Part shown: positions 59,901 through 64,000 of the stretch, piece after piece | How positions within the stretch are numbered: position 1 is the first letter of the stretch | Layout of the letters: each line of letters starts with the position of its first letter | Source of the DNA: Balanoglossus misakiensis | Lineage: Eukaryota; Animalia; Hemichordata | Direction of reading: 5' to 3' | Length of the DNA: 64,000 nucleotides | Assembly: GCA_040954595.2 (NCBI GenBank) | Contig: CM082592.2 | Span: forward strand, 11,627,912 to 11,691,911 | Notes under the pieces: model-generated | Told to the model about the DNA's origin: nothing | What the model saw: the letters and a program-made list of their open reading frames with translations, nothing else | The model's database searches: none | Made by a program: the position numbers and the translations under genes

Positions 59901-62900
59901 TTGAATTTGTGGGTAGAATGCTAGGAAAAGCAGTCTATGAGGTGAGTCCATTGCACAGATGTCAAAACACACACCAATATGTCCATGAAGTTTAACATAT
60001 AAAGACACTAGTCAAGGCTGTCATTTATAAGCTCTTCAGTTCTGTATATTCCATCAACATTCTTTCAACCACACCACACCACATGACAACCCAGTTATTT
60101 TTCTCTCTCTCTCTCCACAGGGTATAGTGGTAGAAGTGCCTTTCGCATCTTTCTTCCTGACTCATATGTTGGGGCATCAGCATAGCTCCCTCTACAGTCC
60201 AATCGATGAACTGCCCTCACTAGATCCAGAGCTCTACAAGAGTCTGACGTTCATAAAGGTATCTCTATAAAACCACAGCAATATTTTCTGACCTGGGGGT
60301 AGTACATTGAACAGTGTTGACTTTCAGTGATGGACTTATAAAGACGTGATTCATATAGTGGTATCTTAATAAAGGCCTTTTACCCCCTTGTCTCTCTTTC
60401 TTTCAGCACTATGACAGTGACATAGCCGATCTTGACTTGACCTTTTCTTATGATGAGGATGTGATGGGGAAAGTGGTGACCCATGAATTGATGCCTGGAG
60501 GAAGAGCTTTGCCAGTCACCAATGAAAACAAGTGAGTGTCCTCATCATGATGTCAATTCACCGAAAATTTAAGCTGAAAGAGATGTTTCAAATAAATGAG
60601 CAAATATGTTTTAAAGATTGAATAGTATTGAAGATGAAGATTTTTCTGTCAAATTCTTTCTGAGTATTGACATTTGCATGCTTCTTTATAATGAGGTCCC
60701 AAGTGAGATGTACACAGACTGACAGGATATTGTCTTGGAGAGGTGTTGGAAACAACACTTCAGAGAATAATAGTGTTATAAGATTGTTTCTCGTTTGTGT
60801 GGCTTCAAATAATTCAAAATAATTGAATGACTCTGAAAATCCACATTTTCCCAGAGCTGTAGACTTGTCTATTGTCCTGGTGTTGGCTTTTGCTGTTGTC
60901 GATGAAAGTGGTTGCCACACTGTCTGAACAAATATAGAACATAGTTTTTGAGTGGTTGGTTTATAGTGATGTAGATGATAGGATTGATGGCATTGGTGGA
61001 CACAGCCAGTACTTGGCTGGCTACTGTGATGTACCAGGGTACAGTGGTTGTGATGGAGAGTAGAGCTGTGCACAGTATGGGTGTGCAACAGAACACAAAA
61101 GTCCCAACCACTGCGAGTACCTGCCAGGCGAGTTTGATGTTTCCTGTCCTTGTTTCCGTGTCTGCTGGAAGGACGTTTCCAGGCAGAACCTGTTGAGCCT
61201 GCCTTGCTGCTCGGATGATGTGAAAGTATGCAAATACAATCACAGAGAATGGAACCAGATATCCAACCAGGTGCAGAAAGGTGGTGTAGACCCCGGTTGT
61301 GTCAGCCCTCAGGTCCAACGTACAACAGTAGTAAACCACAGTCAGATAATTGGGTATGGACAGCGAGGGCAGCATTATTGCTGTGGAGTACACCAAACTG
61401 ATGACTATCACGGCATTGAGACGATTTCTGGTCATCAAACACTCGTAGCGCAGTGGTTTCATGATTGTGATGTATCGGTCCACACTGACAGTTGCTAGGA
61501 TACACAGGGATGTCAAGAAACAGATGGATGAACCGATAGCCTCAAATTTGCAAACAGCGTCGCCCAGCAACCATTCATTTGTGAGTGATAGTATGATGGC
61601 ATTGGGCATGAATATGATCCCGAATATCAGTTGTGTCACAGCCAGTGCCAGTAGACAAGTACCTGGAAAAATAATACTCAAAGATATAAAGTGGACTGAA
61701 AGACTACAAACTTTGGTTGAGACAGATGGATCAAACTACAGACAGAAAAACATTGGAGACACAGAGAAAAATCCCTTACCCGTTTGAGTTCTTAAATCCG
61801 GTGTTTGCACAATGGCTATGATGTTGAAGCCATTGCCCACAATGGTGAAGAAATCCAGCACGATGAACGTAACAGCCAGCGGGTAATTAGGAATGGGTAT
61901 ACTCTGGCTTGTGTTGAGCGTTGTCATGTTTAGTCCGTGGGTGTCCTAGGTGGATACAGCTGTTCCTAAGAGTGATTAGTCAAGCTTTCACGAAATTGCC
62001 AGGCTGGTGATGGGTGCACACATGTGGAACTACCATGTCAGCATTACACATCTTATGAAATTCACCCTCAGACTGTTTGTACAAAACGCTGGGTCCAGTC
62101 CATGGCGGATTGTAGCTCAGAGATGTGACTAGTGTCAGGTTTCAGACAGATGTTCTCTGGTGGAAAACGAAATCTGATCAGTCCACTTGAACTTCACAAA
62201 TACCTTTCTGTTGTGAAGACTTGTACGTGATTGACTTATCCAATTTCAGCCAATAATGACCAGGTTAGCCTCATCCATAAGTTGACCTTCTCCAAGCATT
62301 TTCGGTCAACGGTTTCAGAAGAGTCTGTTGCATAACCACTCAAAGACGTCTCCTTCCTGTTGGTCATCAAAGCTCTAAATTAGTCAAATATTGTGCAGCT
62401 TGTCCACTCATTCAATGATTTCATTAGTGGATTTTTTTCCTCTGAAGCCGAGGTCATGTGATTACACAGTGAGTCGTCAGAAGTTGACCACTGAACTCAA
62501 ATTTGCATATTCTTGCCCAAGGGAGTAAATTATCAGTATCATTCTTGGCTAACTTGACATGAAGGTCAATCCTCATTGGTTAAATACAATTAATTGATTC
62601 TGACCTAGAAGTGTTGTCAGGGATCAACAGAGTCTTAACAAGATTCCTGTTTTCTGTCCCTTCTTATACTCAGAATCAGTTACATCCACTTGATGGCGCA
62701 TTTCAAAATGAACGTCCAGATCCGAGAACAAACCCAAGCATTCATCTACGGATTCAAATCCATCGTCAACCTGGAATGGTTATCCTGGTTCTCCACACCG
62801 GAATTACAGCGCTTGATATCAGGAGACACAGCTGAGCTTGACTTGCAAGACTTGAGGTAGGAGAATCAGTGGTGTCTATTATTGATTGACAATGAATTCA

Positions 62901-63971
62901 TTCAATTACGTTGGTCAGGAAATCTGGATTATTATATATAACAATTTGGAACAAAGATTTTGATTAGAAGAGAATTGATTTTTTTAATACTGCAAAGATT
63001 AGTCTGCACTGTGTTGTAATTGAGTTGATTGAAGCGCCCATGCTCCAGCAATTAATTTGTATTCAGTTTCAAAGACACTATCAAACACAACAGCTACTGC
63101 CAAAACAAATACGAAATCACAATCGCTACAAAAGTGCATCCAATCTCCCCTCAATAATCTGAACAAATCATGTCAAGTCAATGGATAACAAATACTTTCA
63201 ACAGAATTATACTATATGATCATTTCTTCCATAGGAAACACACACAGTACTATGGTGGGTTTCATAACCAGCACCGAGTGGTCAACTGGCTGTGGGATAT
63301 ACTCATAAATGATTTCACCAAAGAGGAACGGGCTTTATTCCTCAAGGTAAGTCTTTAAAAAAAAAAACCTTACCATTATTTTAATGCGCAGCATACTGGT
63401 ATCTTCCTCTACTGCATACAAGCAATCATGAATACAGCTTTTTTACTCTTTCTGTTTTGTTTTTCAACTCTCTCTGGTAATAGTTTGTGACCAGCTGCTC
63501 AAAGGCTCCACTACTCGGATTCGCCAACTTGGAACCACCATTCTCAATCAGATGTGTGGAAGTCAGTGAAGATCAGGTAACTGTGTACATTAACATGATA
63601 TTTCCCCACGCTCTTTTGTAGAATTGTAAATGAACCACCAATATCATGAATTCTCCAATTACCATTTGCTGAATCTCAGTAAAGCGGCCAACCCAAACTG
63701 TTTCTACCGTCAGCCTTTGCCAGGTTCATGAACAAATGACAATCCTAACAATTATTTCTCCCCTCATCCTTTGTCACAGGACACAGGTGACACCTTGGGG
63801 AGTGTGCTGCGAGGATTCTTCACCATCAGAAAGAAAGATCCAGTGGGCAGACTTCCCACTTCATCAACATGCTTCAATTTACTGAAATTACCAAACTACC
63901 AGAAAAAGAGTACACTGCGTGAAAAGCTACGATATTCTATAACTAGCAACACAGGGTTTGAACTCTCATAG
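53984..63971 (+). CDS. UBE3B: HECT-type E3 ubiquitin ligase UBE3B (N-terminal IQ motif, C-terminal HECT domain), spliced CDS of 28 exons, ~1076 aa
   Basis: Manually spliced exons: 53984-54097, 54310-54439, 54566-54630, 54745-54804, 55041-55145, 55393-55492, 55645-55813, 55920-56025, 56375-56495, 56665-56699, 56905-56934, 57145-57257, 57401-57567, 57722(or 57695)-57886, 58024-58189, 58335-58456, 58620-58731, 58850-58949, 59141-59260, 59355-59432, 59607-59705, 59831-59941, 60121-60258, 60407-60531, 62674-62856, 63235-63346, 63484-63576, 63780-63971. Total 3231 nt, in frame. Contains IQ motif [41 protein letters not shown], and the UBE3B-type C terminus [18 protein letters not shown]...[17 protein letters not shown]...NTGFELS with the catalytic Cys. 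Confidence 0.96.
54838..54928 (+). mobile_element. MITE-like repeat family A, copy 3 (UBE3B intron)
   Basis: ttacccttttgccaccatggtacagtccaaacc...gacctctaaaggagaactgggggtggaagggttaa. The ends are tta-ccc ... ggg-ttaa. Confidence 0.75.
59445..59535 (+). mobile_element. MITE-like repeat family A, copy 4 (UBE3B intron)
   Basis: ...cagtccaag...tctatggtcaggttggacctctaaagagggaactgggggtgaaagggttaa. Confidence 0.7.
60869..61927 (-). CDS. Class A (rhodopsin-like) orphan GPCR, GPR21/GPR52/GPR161-like, 313 aa, nested antisense in a UBE3B intron
   Basis: Coding exons 61780-61927 and 60869-61662 are joined by a phase-1 GT-AG intron (G|gtaagg ... ttttccag|GT), giving 942 nt. An in-frame TAG lies upstream of ATG 61927. 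There are seven hydrophobic segments, with TM1 GN, ECL1 W..G..VCK, TM3 DRY, TM5 YLVPF..AY, TM6 FVFCCTP and TM7 NPIIY. Subfamily assignment is from memory of the DRYI.I.KPL.Y..L.T..R segment and is not a search result. Confidence 0.9.
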
Positions 63972-64000
63972 TGTATAATACACTATCCACTGTCCATATT

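Noticed and set aside
60588-61088. 166-aa His-rich minus-strand ORF
   Set aside because: It is an alternative frame overlapping the GPCR C-terminal coding region.
60869-61662. GPCR as an opsin
   Set aside because: The TM7 position equivalent to the retinal-binding lysine is valine.

Overview
Eukaryotic, AT-rich, intron-dense animal DNA. The proteins are vertebrate-like and the introns short, which suggests a marine invertebrate deuterostome; this is inference only. The right third holds a head-to-head housekeeping pair. RBM19/MRD1 (minus strand, 26 coding exons, ~926 aa, 44522-52901) and UBE3B (plus strand, 28 coding exons, ~1076 aa, 53984-63971) share a ~1 kb intergenic/5'UTR region. A two-coding-exon class A orphan GPCR (313 aa) is nested antisense in the one large UBE3B intron and has lost several normally invariant residues. 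The left ~44 kb has no recognisable protein-coding gene but is rich in regulatory-looking sequence: two canonical CTCF motifs, ~14 octamer sites, a 30-bp-periodic CCAAT array, an RFX X-box and homeodomain-site clusters. A strong splice donor 6 nt after the RBM19 stop, plus a candidate terminal exon at ~4.5-5.85 kb, suggests this desert could be one giant 3'UTR intron of RBM19, as in a bystander gene of a genomic regulatory block. Several MITE-like and palindromic elements are present. All exon and motif calls were made by eye and need RNA-seq or alignment confirmation.
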